A stretch of 62,541 nucleotides of DNA, counting the filler, from Diploschistes diacapsis (taxonomy: Eukaryota), in assembly GCA_023645945.1 (NCBI GenBank). It is 23 parts of 23 records of this genome, joined end to end, with 100 filler letters (N's around TTAATTAATTAA, not from the genome) between each part and the next. Parts side by side here need not be neighbours in the genome. Positions count along the whole stretch, not along the records: positions 35,716 to 37,418 come from JALAIB010002711.1; positions 37,519 to 39,220 come from JALAIB010002712.1; positions 39,321 to 41,020 come from JALAIB010002713.1; positions 41,121 to 42,819 come from JALAIB010002714.1; positions 42,920 to 44,618 come from JALAIB010002715.1; positions 44,719 to 46,417 come from JALAIB010002716.1; positions 46,518 to 48,213 come from JALAIB010002717.1; 16 more parts are not named here. One strand, 5' to 3'. This document shows, one piece after another, positions 35,616-48,313 of the stretch (its first letter is position 1; each line of letters starts with the position of its first letter). The translations under genes and the position numbers were made by a program. The notes under the pieces are model-generated. The model was not told the origin of the DNA, did no database searches, and saw only the letters and a list, made by a program, of their open reading frames with translations.

Positions 35616-37015
35616 NNNNNNNNNNNNNNNNNNNNNNNNNNNNNNNNNNNNNNNNNNNNTTAATTAATTAANNNNNNNNNNNNNNNNNNNNNNNNNNNNN
35701 NNNNNNNNNNNNNNNTAGATAATTAATGCATTCTATAACTTACTTCACAAATATCTTATTTAGGTATGCTGTTGATTATGAAATCACATTACATTCCTTT
35801 ATTACATTATCTACGACTATCTACCTATTATAGCAAGGGAAGTCTCCCTAGATAACGCGTTTTATATTTATAATGAGGGTTAACCTGAGGACTTGTCTAA
35901 GGACCCTTCCATATCTTGCGAAAGGTAAGGAGAAGGTTACGATCTGAAAGCTCTAGACATGATAGGAAGATATTGTTTATAAAAATATAGAAAGGGAAAA
36001 GAAGGAAGCATTTAATTGTCCTTAAATGGCCTGCCAGTATTAAAAAGATAAAAGAGCAAGATTTGGTTAAGATATATTTAGAAGGTTAGGTTACGAATAG
36101 ATGGGATGTTAGGAAAAAATTAGAAGTTAAAATTATCGATATTAGAAACGATAGGTATTATTAATTCGAGTTATTCGGTATCGGATGGAAATTGAATAGA
36201 TTAATTAGGATTACGCGAATACGAACACGAGGAAAAAAGGATCGAATAAGAATAAATAAATTAAATAGGATTATACGAATACGAACGTTAAAAAAAAAGT
36301 ATCGAATACGAAATTAAATATTAATTTTAAGGAAGAATAATAAAAAATAAATAAATAAAAGAACCAATATTATCGAAACGAGAAAACCAGGAAATAAAAA
36401 AAAAAAAGAAGGGAAAAACAATAAAAGAATAAGGCGGATATGAAGAACGAAGAAAGAAAGTTTGGTGTATTATTGAAACCAGGGGCTTTGCAGTAAAAAG
36501 AGTAAGAGAAAATATGGTATTATTATTCTAAAGAGGAATTAAAAGAATATAAAAAGAAAATAATAAAACAACGTAAAGAGTTAAGTAAAGAATATCGTTC
36601 TTCTTCTTTTTCGAATTATTTATAAATTAATTTAGAAAACTATTCACGAATTATCGCGTTTCTTTTTCTCTCGTGATTAACTTATAATTCCTTTCACGTA
36701 TTAGCATTATTAGGGATTTTTAGGGGCTACTGCTCGATCACGACCAATATAGAAACGACATATCGTGATTTTAGGCCTGAGATCCCATTAGAAACAGGCA
36801 GTTAACCCGATATTATGCCTTCGGATAAAAGCGAGCAATCAAGAACGTTTATTTAAGAAAAACCGTTACTACCGAATGGACCGTTTACGGATATAAGGTT
36901 AAAATTGCTTCTAGTATATACGGTCTATAATGTTTTAATACCGACGACGAGTATAAGTATTCCTTTTTATTAATATCCCGTTTTTAAGTTAGGTATAACC
37001 GAAATTCCTTTCTTT

Positions 37016-37418
37016 TAGGCTGGCCGTTTCGTGCCACGGTCACTGACACGGACACTACAACAAAAATTTTCAAAACACGGACACTGACACGAACACGATA
37101 GTTAAAATTTTAAAACACGGATACTGACACGGACACTACACTGCAATGAAAGCACGGACACGGATATTATAATTAAAAATTTTAAAACATTAATATTAAT
37201 ACGGACACTACATTTCCGTGAATCTACCGAAACACTGCGGTGAATATACCGAAATACTGTAGTGAAATTTTTTTAAAAAAATAAAAGAGTAAGAAATAGG
37301 CGTGATAATTCCAGAATTATTAAAATTAAAAAAATAATTTAAAATGTTTCGGTAAATATACGGATACGGATATCGTAATAAAAAAATTTTCGATACGGAC
37401 ATTGACACGGATATTATA
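37016..37418. mobile_element. Partial family B MITE
   Basis: TIR taggctggccgtttcgtgccacgg; reverse complement of the 3' part of 44983-45549. Confidence 0.8.
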
Positions 37419-37916
37419 NNNNNNNNNNNNNNNNNNNNNNNNNNNNNNNNNNNNNNNNNNNNTTAATTAATTAANNNNNNNNNNNNNNNNNNNNNNNNNN
37501 NNNNNNNNNNNNNNNNNNAGCTCGACCACTTTTGCCAAGAAATATTTTATATCTTTAATAATTCTTCGAATTTAATCGTTATTTTTGATTTTTTTTCAAA
37601 CTATTACTATTAACTCAATCATCTATTATACCCGAAAAGTGCACATTGATTATATCAGCAGTTACTTTTTAAAAGCGAATTGAAAATAACGGCTCGAAAA
37701 CACCTATTATTTGATCTTTCAAATTCGGTCATAACGCAGCAAAAAATATGTTTTTTGAATATATTATTATAAGCGGTTTCATGCGTAGACTTCAATAAAA
37801 ATAATAAAAAAACGTTTTTTCGACGTTATACAGCGGTTGTGTAACGTTTTTCATCATTTTTCAGTCATTTTAGACTAAACGAAAACTAGCCGTCGCCTAC
37901 CAAAATTCTTTAAATC

Positions 37917-38053
37917 TGTTGAGCAGACAGGCAGAAGGCATGGCTGGGAGTTCAACTGAGTTCCAGTCGGGGGTTCAGTTCAGCTGAACTCCGAGGTTCA
38001 GTTTAGTTGAATCTTTTAGAACTCTGACTAAACCGATCGGGAGTATTGTTAAT
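37917..38053 (+). mobile_element. Truncated family C LTR
   Basis: tgttgagcagacaggcagaaggcatgg start, cut off at the MITE. Confidence 0.75.
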
Positions 38054-38659
38054 TAGGCTGGCCGTCACGGACACTGACACGGCCGTGGCAGTGTCCGTGT
38101 TTTGAAATTTTTAGCCGTAATGTCCGTGTCCGTGCTTTTATAATATCCGTGGAAATATCCGTGTTTTAAAATTTTTAATCGTAATATCCGTGTTCGTGTT
38201 TTTATTATAATATAATGTCCGTGAAAGTGTCCGTGTTTTAAAAATTTTAATCGTAATATTCGTATTAATAGATTTATTATCGTATTCGTGTATTTATCGA
38301 AACATTTTTAAATAATATTTATTTTTTAATATTTTTAGAATTATTACGTTTATTTTTTACGTTTTTATTTTTTTATCGCGGTATTTCGATAAATTTACGG
38401 TAATATTTCGATAAATTTATTATAATATAATGTTCGTGATAGTATCGTATTTTAAAATTTTGGCGGTATATTCGTAAAAGTATTCGTGTTTTAAATTTTT
38501 TAGCCGTAATGTCCGTGTTCGTGCTTTTATTATAATATAGTGTCCGTGGAAGTATCCGTGTTTTAAAATTTTAACGGTAGTGTCCGTGGTAATGTCGTGT
38601 TTTAAAAATTTTCTCGGTAGTGTCCGTGGAAGTGTCCGTGGCACGAAACGGCCAGCCTA
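38054..38659. mobile_element. Full-length family B MITE (second subfamily)
   Basis: TIRs TAGGCTGGCCGT...ACGGCCAGCCTA; no clean TSD. Confidence 0.85.
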
Positions 38660-38736
38660 ATTAAGGGACTCGGTTTAATTTAAAAGATATCTAATTAGAT
38701 TACATAGATATGCCGGGTGATTCCGCCTGTAAAGGA

Positions 38737-38953
38737 ATATTGAGCAGATAGGTAGAAGGCATGATTAGGAGTATAACTGAGTTTTAAAAGAAGGTTTAGT
38801 TCAGCTGAACCTTTTGGAATTCCAACTAGACCGAATAAGGAATAGTGTAGGTAGTAGGGCTTAGTGTATCCCACGAGGATAAAAGTCTGCAAAGTAGGAT
38901 AACCTCCTAGACAAGACCTCTAGACTTCAATATATCCATTACGTTGCCAAACA
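38737..38953 (+). mobile_element. Family C 3' LTR
   Basis: Preceded by the conserved ttccgcctgtaaaggaa tract also seen before 6731 and 52134; ends gccaaaca. Confidence 0.8.
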
Positions 38954-39320
38954 AAGACAATATTCGGTTTATAATAATAATTCAATTTAATTATCCATGT
39001 TCTAATTAACGTAATACCGTAAGTATTATTTAAGAATTTAATTTATTCTTTTTATTTAATCGTTTATTTATAGGTAATAAACGTTTAAATATTTTAATTT
39101 CGTCTCGAACGCATCTATTATAATCTTTTAATATCCTGAAATAAAGAATTTATCTTTATCGCTAATGATTTTTTTAAATATATATAAATTCTTACAACTC
39201 GATTTATCTATATGTAATATNNNNNNNNNNNNNNNNNNNNNNNNNNNNNNNNNNNNNNNNNNNNTTAATTAATTAANNNNNNNNNNNNNNNNNNNNNNNN
39301 NNNNNNNNNNNNNNNNNNNN

Positions 39321-39596
39321 AACTACATAATTTTTAACTAGAAAGTAAATATAGATAAAACACGCGTCTAGAATATTACTAAATAATTATAATTAAAAAC
39401 GTTTAAAGAAGTATAAATCTTTTTAAATTTTACGAATTTCTAATAAGAGATTTATTTATCAATATTTTAAATTAATTAAACCTTTTATTAACCTATTTAA
39501 AGATAACAAAAATAAGAAGAAACAAAGAATTCTTATATAAAACGAACCTAAAGCGCAAGCTTTCCGCATATTAAAAAAGAAATTTACGAAAGTTCC
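39321..39596 (+). mobile_element. Gypsy RT/connection fragment
   Basis: RFIYQYFKLIKPFINLFK...I*NEPKAQAFRILKKKFTKVP. Confidence 0.7.
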
Positions 39597-40430
39597 TGTT
39601 GAGCAGACAGGCAGAAGGCATGGCTGGGAGTATAACTGAGTTCCAGAAGGATGTTCAGTTCAGCTGAACCTTTTGGAATTCCAATTAGACCGAATAAGGA
39701 ATAGTGTAAATAATAAGACTTAACGTATCCCATAAAAATAAAAAATTATAAATTTAAAAAGAAATTTGTTGAGCAGACAGGCAGAAGGCATGGCTGGGAG
39801 TCTAACTAAGTTCCAGAAGGAGGTTCAGTTCAGCTGAACCTCCTGGAATCCCAACTAGACCGGTTTAGGAATAGTATAAATAATAGGGCTTAGCGTATCC
39901 CATAAGAATAAAAATCTGTAAAATAAAATAACTTCTTAGATAGACCTTTAGACTTCAATATATCCATTACGTTACTAAATAAATTATAAACCCGGATTTA
40001 TACTTATTTTATTACGTTTAATCGTTTATTAAAATTACGTTTCCAGATAACTAATACGGACACGAGCGCGGGTACCGATTACGTTATTTAACATAAATTA
40101 AATCGAAAAGATCCGAAAGCCTAGGATCTAAATTATAAAACCTTAGGGTGGGCCGATTCAAAAGTAGAAGATATATTATTATAAAAGATCGCGGGATTTT
40201 ATTACGCTGGCCAAAAATAGGCTTAAATAAAAAATACTTAAATCCAGATCTTTATCTATATAAGTTAAAAAAAATCTTCTTTTCTTTCCTTTCGTCAATA
40301 ATCGAAGTTTAATTAAACTGTTATTAAATCCATTCGATTTATCGATAACTTTCGAGATTCGATTAATCGCTATCGAACCCACTCGACTTATTAATAATTA
40401 TCGAAATTTAATTAAACCTTATCGAATCCT
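39597..40430 (+). mobile_element. Two tandem family C LTRs (from 39597 and 39767) followed by Copia 5' internal sequence
   Basis: The LTR start occurs twice; the internal part matches 5464-6130. Confidence 0.75.
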
Positions 40431-41120
40431 TTTCGATTATCTTTATTTCTATTATAAAGGATTATTTTTATTATTATTTATTAATTACTTATTAATTACG
40501 AATTATTCATTTAATAAATCTTTTTTGTTTTACGAAAATAGTAATAAGATGGACGATATCTTATTTAAGAAACGGGTTGTTCTTATTCTGAAGAAAGAGA
40601 ATTAATAGTAATGGTTCGAGCTTATACGCATATACCTTGAAAGTGAAGAGATAGACTACGTTTTTGATAATCGACCACCAGTATCGCCTATTATAGACAT
40701 TTTAGATAACTTAATATCATTTATTTCTATCGGTTTAGGTTCAGTTTTGAATAAAACATCTAAATAATGAAAGAAAGATTAATTTAAAATAAATTATCAG
40801 ATTATGATTTATACGAAAGAGATTGACTAAGAACGTCTTCGTGGTTTATTTATTACGAAAGCTAGATGGGATTTTTTGAAGGTAAAATACTAGGCGATAC
40901 TGAACCTGAACGTCGGTAACTGAATTTTAAATTCGTTAGTTATAAATTTAAGAAAGGCACGAGTATTTAGAAAATATAGATATATTTAATAAAACTTTCA
41001 AAGAAACTATCGTATAAACGNNNNNNNNNNNNNNNNNNNNNNNNNNNNNNNNNNNNNNNNNNNNTTAATTAATTAANNNNNNNNNNNNNNNNNNNNNNNN
41101 NNNNNNNNNNNNNNNNNNNN

Positions 41121-41627
41121 CGTGGCCGTCGTTGGCGACGAACCGGCTGACGATATTACTCCTGCTGGTCCAGGACGCCGCGGTTCGCGTGCGTGTTGCC
41201 GCTGCAGTCGTTGATCGAATACGGGATGCTGTGCACCAGGTTGCAACCCCTCCACCCGCCACGCCCCGCGCCGCGCGAGGGCCAGCCCGCTGCCGCCCAG
41301 TGCCGCCGGCACGGGGTTCGGGGGGGTCCAGCGAGTTCATGGCGTCGTTCATCATGAGGGCCTGCGCGGCCTGGTTGATCTTCGCGCTCACGTTCTGCAC
41401 GTCCATGTCCATCCCGCCCATGTGCGGGCTCGCGTTGACAAAGACGTCCGCCGGCGGGATCGTCGCGCTGGCTTGTCCGCCGTCGAGGAAATGACGGAGC
41501 CGCGGTCGCCGCGCGAGGAGAGCTGGTAGCTCATGTAGCCGTCGCCGCTGCTGCTGGGTTGGGCGGTGCAGAGGGGGAGGAGGGAGAGGAGGGAGAGGAG
41601 GAGGAGGAGCTTGAGGGAGTGCATTGT
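41121..41627 (-). pseudogene. Secreted hypothetical protein (PDV.LN family), frameshifted and internally deleted
   Basis: Signal peptide MHSLKLLLLLSLLSLLPLCTA; ADVFVNASPHMGGMDMDVQNVSAKIN and YSINDCSGNTHANR lie in different frames. Confidence 0.55.
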
Positions 41628-42099
41628 GGAAAGGAGCGAGTGTTGAAAGAAAGTGTAGGAGTTGGGCACTCGGTGTTATTGGTTGTGTTCACGAAGAGGT
41701 CTGGGAGAAGAAGGCGAGGGAAAGGAAATCAGATGGACCAACCTGACGAATGTCTTGCAGACTCACAGTACTCTACTTGTCCTGATATTAATTTCAGAGG
41801 ATTACGGTAAGAGAGCTGCAAGGTTGAATCCTAGCCGAGAAGAGTGAATGTGCGCCACAACGAGCAGGAATTAATGGAATCATAGCTGCAGCCTTGAATG
41901 CTAGGCTGTCTTCCAGCAATTCATAGATGAATATCATGGGAAGTACAATAGATGCGCTAAGCTTTAGAGATGTCAAATTTCACATCTCGCGCATTTCATT
42001 CTGGCCGAAGGAGTTGTGGATCTTGTAAAGTGCCATGTCCGGGATGGATTGAATGACTGACCGACGACCTTTCGAAAGCTAATGCCATAAGTGTGTTCT

Positions 42100-42735
42100 T
42101 CACTCCTATCCCACTGACTTTTTCCATTTCAGACACTCCTTTAGCAGTGTTGTCCTCGCTCTCTACCCTCGTTTGTTTCCTGCTCGCTTTTGCAGCATCT
42201 CAAGTTGTTCCAGCGGACCATCAACAGCAGCTGGGGCATCCGCGACAGCGCCCACCTCGTAGCCCTCGACTCCTTTCCTAACAGCATGATACTATCGAAT
42301 CGTATAGCGAGCGGTGGAGGCATTCCCACCAGCGTCGACAACTCTACGGTGTCAGATGTGCACCTGAACGCCCCCAGCTCTCGGTCCAAAAGATTGAGCT
42401 CGATGTTGACAACTTGAACACGGACATAAATCTAAACGCAAATGTCGCCGGTCTCGTTGACATCAACGTTGGCGTGCAAGTTGGAATCCAGAAGGTCAAC
42501 ATTGCCATCGCCGATGTGGACGCCCAGCTGGTAACCTGGTGAACGTCATCAACCGCATCTTCTCGAAATCCGCACTTGAACCCACTGCTCATTACGGCCT
42601 TAAACGATGTGACCAGCGTCGTTGATCAGGTAGTGGGCGCAGTGAATGGCCTGCTCGGCTCCATCCCACAGCGCGGATCAACGCTCAACTTCATCGTTGA
42701 CAACCTCGGAAACAGCGTTCAAGAAATAAAGGGCG
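42100..42735 (+). pseudogene. Paralogous secreted hypothetical protein, frameshifted (start approximate)
   Basis: SDVHLNAPQLSVQKIELDVDNLNTDINLNANVAGLVDINVGV...LNPLLITALNDV...FIVDNLGNSVQE, spread across frames. Confidence 0.55.
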
Positions 42736-42969
42736 CAGTTATTCTGACGGAAATTTATTTTTTTTACCCCTTTAAGCCTAATAGGGCAGGTGGCTCCCGC
42801 GCACCCGCGGTACCTCAAANNNNNNNNNNNNNNNNNNNNNNNNNNNNNNNNNNNNNNNNNNNNTTAATTAATTAANNNNNNNNNNNNNNNNNNNNNNNNN
42901 NNNNNNNNNNNNNNNNNNNCCATCTCCCCCCTCAACCCAAAACCAAAGCAGCCAACTGATCCCCTCCAG

Positions 42970-43815
42970 GGCCTGTATCTCCTCATTCCTTCGCCTCTAC
43001 TACTCCCTCATCCTCAACGTCTCAGACGTGACCTTCAGCGTGCTCTCCCTCGCCTGGACCGCCTGCCTCGAGGGAGCCGCCGCCATCCTCGTCTGCTCCT
43101 TTCCCGCCATGCCCCGTCTCTACCAGTTCCTCCGCCGCAAGGGGCGGCGCGGCTCAACAGAGTCCGGCGCCTCCGACTCCTCCTCTAGGGAACCCCTCGC
43201 GGAGTCATCTTACGAGCCGAAATCTCTGGGCACAGATACGGAGACTAGTGAAGAGAGTGGAATAGGAAGTAGTCCAATGGCGCCCGTGTATGATCCGCGC
43301 AAAGGGTTTGCGGCGGCGCAGAGTCAGGCGCACACGAGGGCGCGAGCTGGGTCAACAGAGACGAGGGCCAGAACCGAACATCCTGGGGTTGCTGGGCGGC
43401 GGCGCAGACGCAGGCGAGGACCCAAGCTGGATCGGGAGAGACAGGAAGGAGAATGGGGCCTCTCGGAGAGTCCTCGACAGCGGCTAGGTGCTTGAGGACG
43501 AGGCAACAGAATGAAGGTTTTCCGGCAGCGGCGCAAACGCAGAGGCAAGCAAGAGGTCGAGCTAGGTCGGCAGACACGGGGACTAGAAGTGAGCATCATG
43601 AGAAGCCGCTGCCCGCTACGCCAGCTAGCGGGCCGCGGCCGCGGGGCGTGGCGATCCCATACGCTGATTACCGTAGAGAGCCTGCCGAGGGGGCCGGCTC
43701 AGGGCGAGGGAAGGATGCGGCGGGATGGGTATGGGATTGGGAACGGGGCATGGGGTCCTTCGAAGGCCGTTTGGGGGGTTACGGTAACCACGAATCGATG
43801 ATTATTTGCTGGTAG
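42970..43815 (+). CDS. PTH11-like (fungal rhodopsin-domain) membrane protein, last exon, partial; probable frameshift near 43393
   Basis: ACISSFLRLYY...DVTF...WTACLEGAAAILVCSFPAMPRL is typical of TM6-7; the exon follows a ctgat...cag acceptor. Confidence 0.7.
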
Positions 43816-44051
43816 CTTGTTTCCATCCTCGAGGAGAGTTTCTAGGGTTATGTCCCGAAGGCAAATGAGTGGGCAAATCATATCCATCATTCAGTTCAGT
43901 ATTCTCTAAGATGCTCCATGCCTTTCGTTGAGTGGATTGCAAGTGCGGTAGGAGTACTTCGAATGCTTCCCAACATTGAACTTTGAAAACGTCATGGGCT
44001 ACTTAGTACCTATGTTCTAGGTTAAGAACTTTGGCCTTGGATTCCATCCTA

Positions 44052-44618
44052 CAGTCACGTGCCAAAAGTAATGGTCCCTACCTAAATTATAGTAGACATC
44101 ACCAACTTTGGAAATGCGATGCGCACCCAAATAATGTCCTATAAATGCGCTTTTTAGATCATTTTAATACCCTTTATTCGTAATATTTATTAATACTTTA
44201 TTTACCACCCCTACGCGTCGTATACAGCCTGAATTCGCGTAAACATCGAGTAAATTAATCGAGCAGGTAAATCCCACTTCTTATTTACCGTAATTTAATT
44301 AAATGCCTCGATAATAGCAGCTTTTAAAGCCTATTTCTTATTATTTTTGTTTTTACGTATTATTTTAAGCTTTGAATAAAGCCGAAATACCTTCTTTTTT
44401 AATTTAAATTAAAGATGTTTTATAACGTTTAAATCTAAATTATATAATAGATAATCGAGAATCTAGACGCCGAAACTCTCTAAAAGCGTTTTAGTAATAT
44501 TTATAATATATATAAAAACATTATCTTATAAAAAACCTTGCCCAGATTCGTAGATTTAAAGCAAAATATCCTTTAATAAAATATAATAAGCCTCGGCGGT
44601 AATACTTCGTTTATTTAT
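44052..44618 (-). mobile_element. Tc1-like transposon 3' part (DDE C-terminus plus TIR)
   Basis: TA then CAGTCACGTGCCAAAAGTA TIR; FL*DNV...YNLDLNVIKHL*FKLKKKV...WDLPARL..SM..RIQAV.DA*GW*IKY. Confidence 0.8.
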
Positions 44619-44718
44619 NNNNNNNNNNNNNNNNNNNNNNNNNNNNNNNNNNNNNNNNNNNNTTAATTAATTAANNNNNNNNNNNNNNNNNNNNNNNNNN
44701 NNNNNNNNNNNNNNNNNN

Positions 44719-46417
44719 CTATAGACCTTTCTTAAGGTTATTTAACAACAATCAGTACCTTATAGAAATTATCGATAATTATTCGCGAAGAACCTGGTCT
44801 ATTTCCTGTAAAATTCGGAAGGATGCTGTTCGTATTTTATAATTCTGGAAAGTAAATGCAGAACTTTAAAACGATAAATAATTAAAAACGGTACGTCTCG
44901 ATAATGCACCTGAACTAATTTTTATAATCGAGGATTAAGAAAGAAATTTAGGAATTTAGATAGAACCGATAATACTATACACTAGGCTGGCCGTCACTGA
45001 CACTGACACGGCCGTGTCAGTGTCCGTGTTTTAGATTTTTTAGCTGCGGTGTCCGTGTTCGTGGATTCACGGAAGTGCAGTGTCCGTATTAATATCAATG
45101 TTTTAAAAATTTTAATTATAATATCCGTGTCCGTGCTTTTATTATAATGCAATGTCCGTGTTAATGTCCGTATCGAAATTTTTTTATTACGATGTCCGTG
45201 TCCGTACATTTATCGAAATACTTTAAATTATTTTTTTAATTTTAATAATTCTAGAATTATCACGCCTATTTCTTACGCTTTTATTTTTTTAAAAATTTTT
45301 TATTATAGTGTTTCGGTGGATTTACCGTAGTGTTTCGGTGGATTTACGGAAATGCAATATCCGTATTAATATCAATGTTTTAAAATTTTTAATTATAGTA
45401 TCCGCGTCCGTGCTTTTACTGTAGTATAGTGTCCGTGTCAGTGTCCGTGTTTTAAAATTTTAGCTGTCGTGTCCGTGTCAGTGTCCGTGTTTTGAAAATT
45501 TTTGCTACAGTGTCCGTGTCAGTGACCGTGGCACGAAACGGCCAGCCTACTATACACGTCAAGCTAAAATAACACTACCGAAAGATCCATATAAATTACC
45601 GAGATAAACATCCGTGCCATGTTTAAAGGAACGAAACAAGGATACGCTTTTTAAGACGAAGCAGCATTGGCCTAATATTACATCCGAAACAGGATAGTAA
45701 TAGGATTTAAATTAAACGGTTTAATCGCGACGTCTACCGAGTATTAATTAAGCGAAAAGCCGTTAATAGATAATATCCGTATCTAGAAATTAAGATGTTA
45801 TAATTACGTGAATCTCAAATTATTATCTAGACGATAAAATAAGTTAATAAATAAAATAAAATTAGGTATGATGGTTAGATATATCAATACTAATAAACAG
45901 TATAAGATCTAAATACCCGATATTTAAAAAATTATTAGGACCAATTGAGTTAAGTTTAAAAAGGATAAGACGTTCATTTTTTAAGAATTGAAATTATTTA
46001 AAAGCTATAGAAAAAACGATAACGTAATGTTTATTTGAAAGTTATCGGGACGTCCAGCTAACGATTTAATATTTGGTATTAGAGGTATTAACGACGGGTT
46101 AATTACTTACGTTAACGACGGATTAATTACGCACGCCAAAAACGCATTAACGATAAAAATAAAAGTTTAGCTAAATTATAATAAATCTTTATCATCTATT
46201 CTTATTAAGGATCATAGTACCCTGAAGGTTCCTACTCCTGTTCTTTATAATTAACCCGAGTTAGATAATGATGGCCGATAGTTAATAAAAAGGTTCTTAC
46301 GGGTTGAAGTTTTAAAAAAAAGGACTGAACCTAAATTTATTAAATTAGATGCACCGGAACCTATTACGTCAATAACGGGTATTATACACGTTATTAATAA
46401 TTCAACTATTTATATAG
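44719..46417 (+). mobile_element. RIP-mutated Copia integrase region, interrupted by a MITE
   Basis: EIIDNYSRRTWSI...VRLDNAPEL...*NNTTERSI*...RAMF...F*DEAA...YIRNR. Confidence 0.8.
44983..45549. mobile_element. Full-length hAT-type MITE (family B) with 8-bp TSD CTATACAC
   Basis: 12-bp TIRs; CTATACAC at 44975-44982 and 45550-45557. Confidence 0.92.
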
Positions 46418-46517
46418 NNNNNNNNNNNNNNNNNNNNNNNNNNNNNNNNNNNNNNNNNNNNTTAATTAATTAANNNNNNNNNNNNNNNNNNNNNNNNNNN
46501 NNNNNNNNNNNNNNNNN

Positions 46518-47227
46518 ACGCCGTATTGGGAGGACATGTCGAAGTGGCGGAGGATTTTTTCGTGGAGGGTTAGGCCGGCTTGGTGGACTGGATTTGGGGG
46601 GTTAGCTTGTTTTTCGGCTCGAGGACGCTGGCTTGGGGAGGTGTTCCGGGTGGGCGCAATCGGCAGAGAACGTCCCTGATAGAGAAGAGGACGCCATCGA
46701 TCACGAATTTTCTAAAGATATCCCCTTGACTTAAGGAGGCTGTGGATATGGAAGACCAACTCACCCCTCGGCGCCTTCCTCAGCTCATCCTCCCCCCTCC
46801 AATACCTCTTAATCTGCGCGTCCCCAATTTTTCTGGCCTTCTCGTCCATCGCATCCGCCTTTCTCTTCGGCTCTATCGCCGCAGTCCCGCTGCCGGGCTG
46901 CTGCCTTATCGCCAGCTCCCCCCTTCCCCAGATCTTCTCCTCTATCCCGGCCACCGGCTCTTCTGGCTCCGCAACATCCGGCTCCGTAACAGAGACATCC
47001 GCGCTCGCGGGCGCCGAGGACCGCTCTGAGAGCTCCTCTTCAAGCTTGAGCACCTTGACCTGGGCGTCGGAGGTCTGTTTTGAGGATTTGCCGGGCTGGA
47101 CGGCGGGTTGGGGCTTGGTGATTTTGCTGGTGAAAGAGAGTTTGTTCTGCTGTGCGGTCTTGTGGGAGGCGGAGGAGGTGGAGGGACGGTTGAGGGGGCG
47201 GTTGGTGGAGCCTTTCGGGCGGCCCAT
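46518..47227 (-). CDS. POLD4: DNA polymerase delta subunit 4 (p12/Cdm1-like), 3'-partial, with intron
   Basis: Exon 1 DAQIKRYW...KAPR splices to VHQAGLTLHEKILRHFDMSSQYG. Confidence 0.85.
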
Positions 47228-47736
47228 TGTGAAGGTTTAGGGGTGGGAGAAGGGAGGTGGTGTTTTGGTGGAGTAGAGGCTTAGTGCTTGAAAAGAGAGA
47301 TGCTGAGACAAGGTCAGTGTTGGGTTATGGTCGCTGTGGCTTAAGAAAAGGGTAGAGTGTAAAGTTACTGCGCAACTTGGCATATGGTGACGCCAGGGTT
47401 GCCAGGGTGAATACCTTTTCTTGGCGCGCCCTAATATACGCGAAATCGCGTGGTCCCTTTGCGGACGGATATAGCGAAGATAGAGATCCCTTACTGCACA
47501 TCAAGAGCAGATAACCGCCCCCTTTTGGAACAGCAATCAAAGAGCCAATTCATATCTGAGACTCTAATCAGATTACCAGGAACCTTTCAATCCCAGCTTC
47601 CCCGATTCGGCTCAACAGCCTCTCAATACTCAGATAATGACCACCATAATCTCTCTCCCCCAGCTACCTCGACTCCTTCCCCTCGCTACACTACAGCATC
47701 AAAACACGTAGCAAAAAAAAACAATGACAATCTACA

Positions 47737-48213
47737 CTAAAGTCCTCCCTCCTTCCCCTCCGTACAGTCCGTAACCCTTACCTTCTGCCCCTGCGGCTGC
47801 CCCTTTGCCGGAAAAGCATTCCTCGATCTGCGCTCCCTCTCCCTCTCCGTCTCCGTCTCTCTCTCACTATCCCCCACATCCACATCCATCCTCCATCTCC
47901 TCCCCCCAATAAGATTCCTCGCAATTTTGCACTCCCTTCCCCACCTCGACATCCCAATAGCTCTGCTCTCTCCGCAGCCCAGGGAAACCTCGAAATCATC
48001 GACGACGAGTCGTGCGATATACCGGGCCCGGAGCTTAGAAAATGCCAGGGTGTGGCATGTGCTGAACCCGGAGAGCCTAGGCATGTTAAGGAAGTTGGGG
48101 GGGAAGAAGGGGTGCGTGTGAGGGAGACGAGCAGCGAGTCGAGGTGGCAGAGGAGCGGGAGCTGGGCGGTTGATGGGGAGGGGATGGTGGTACGGGCGAG
48201 GTGCGGCGGAGAG
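47737..48213 (-). CDS. C-terminal fragment of a hypothetical protein
   Basis: Open frame from the contig end to the stop at 47737; GC-rich and not RIP-mutated; family not recognised. Confidence 0.4.
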   Translation of the reverse strand, partial: LSAAPRPYHHPLPINRPAPAPLPPRLAARLPHTHPFFPPNFLNMPRLSGFSTCHTLAFSKLRARYIARLVVDDFEVSLGCGESRAIGMSRWGRECKIARNLIGGRRWRMDVDVGDSERETETERERERRSRNAFPAKGQPQGQKVRVTDCTEGKEGGL

Positions 48214-48313
48214 NNNNNNNNNNNNNNNNNNNNNNNNNNNNNNNNNNNNNNNNNNNNTTAATTAATTAANNNNNNNNNNNNNNNNNNNNNNNNNNNNNNN
48301 NNNNNNNNNNNNN

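Noticed and set aside
38054..38659. Spaced GTGTCCGTG repeats as a CRISPR-like or iteron array; ORFs 470-742, 38420-38644 and 44994-45209
   Set aside because: These are MITE sub-terminal repeats and the ORFs are chance translations. I also looked for an 8-bp TSD on this copy and found none.
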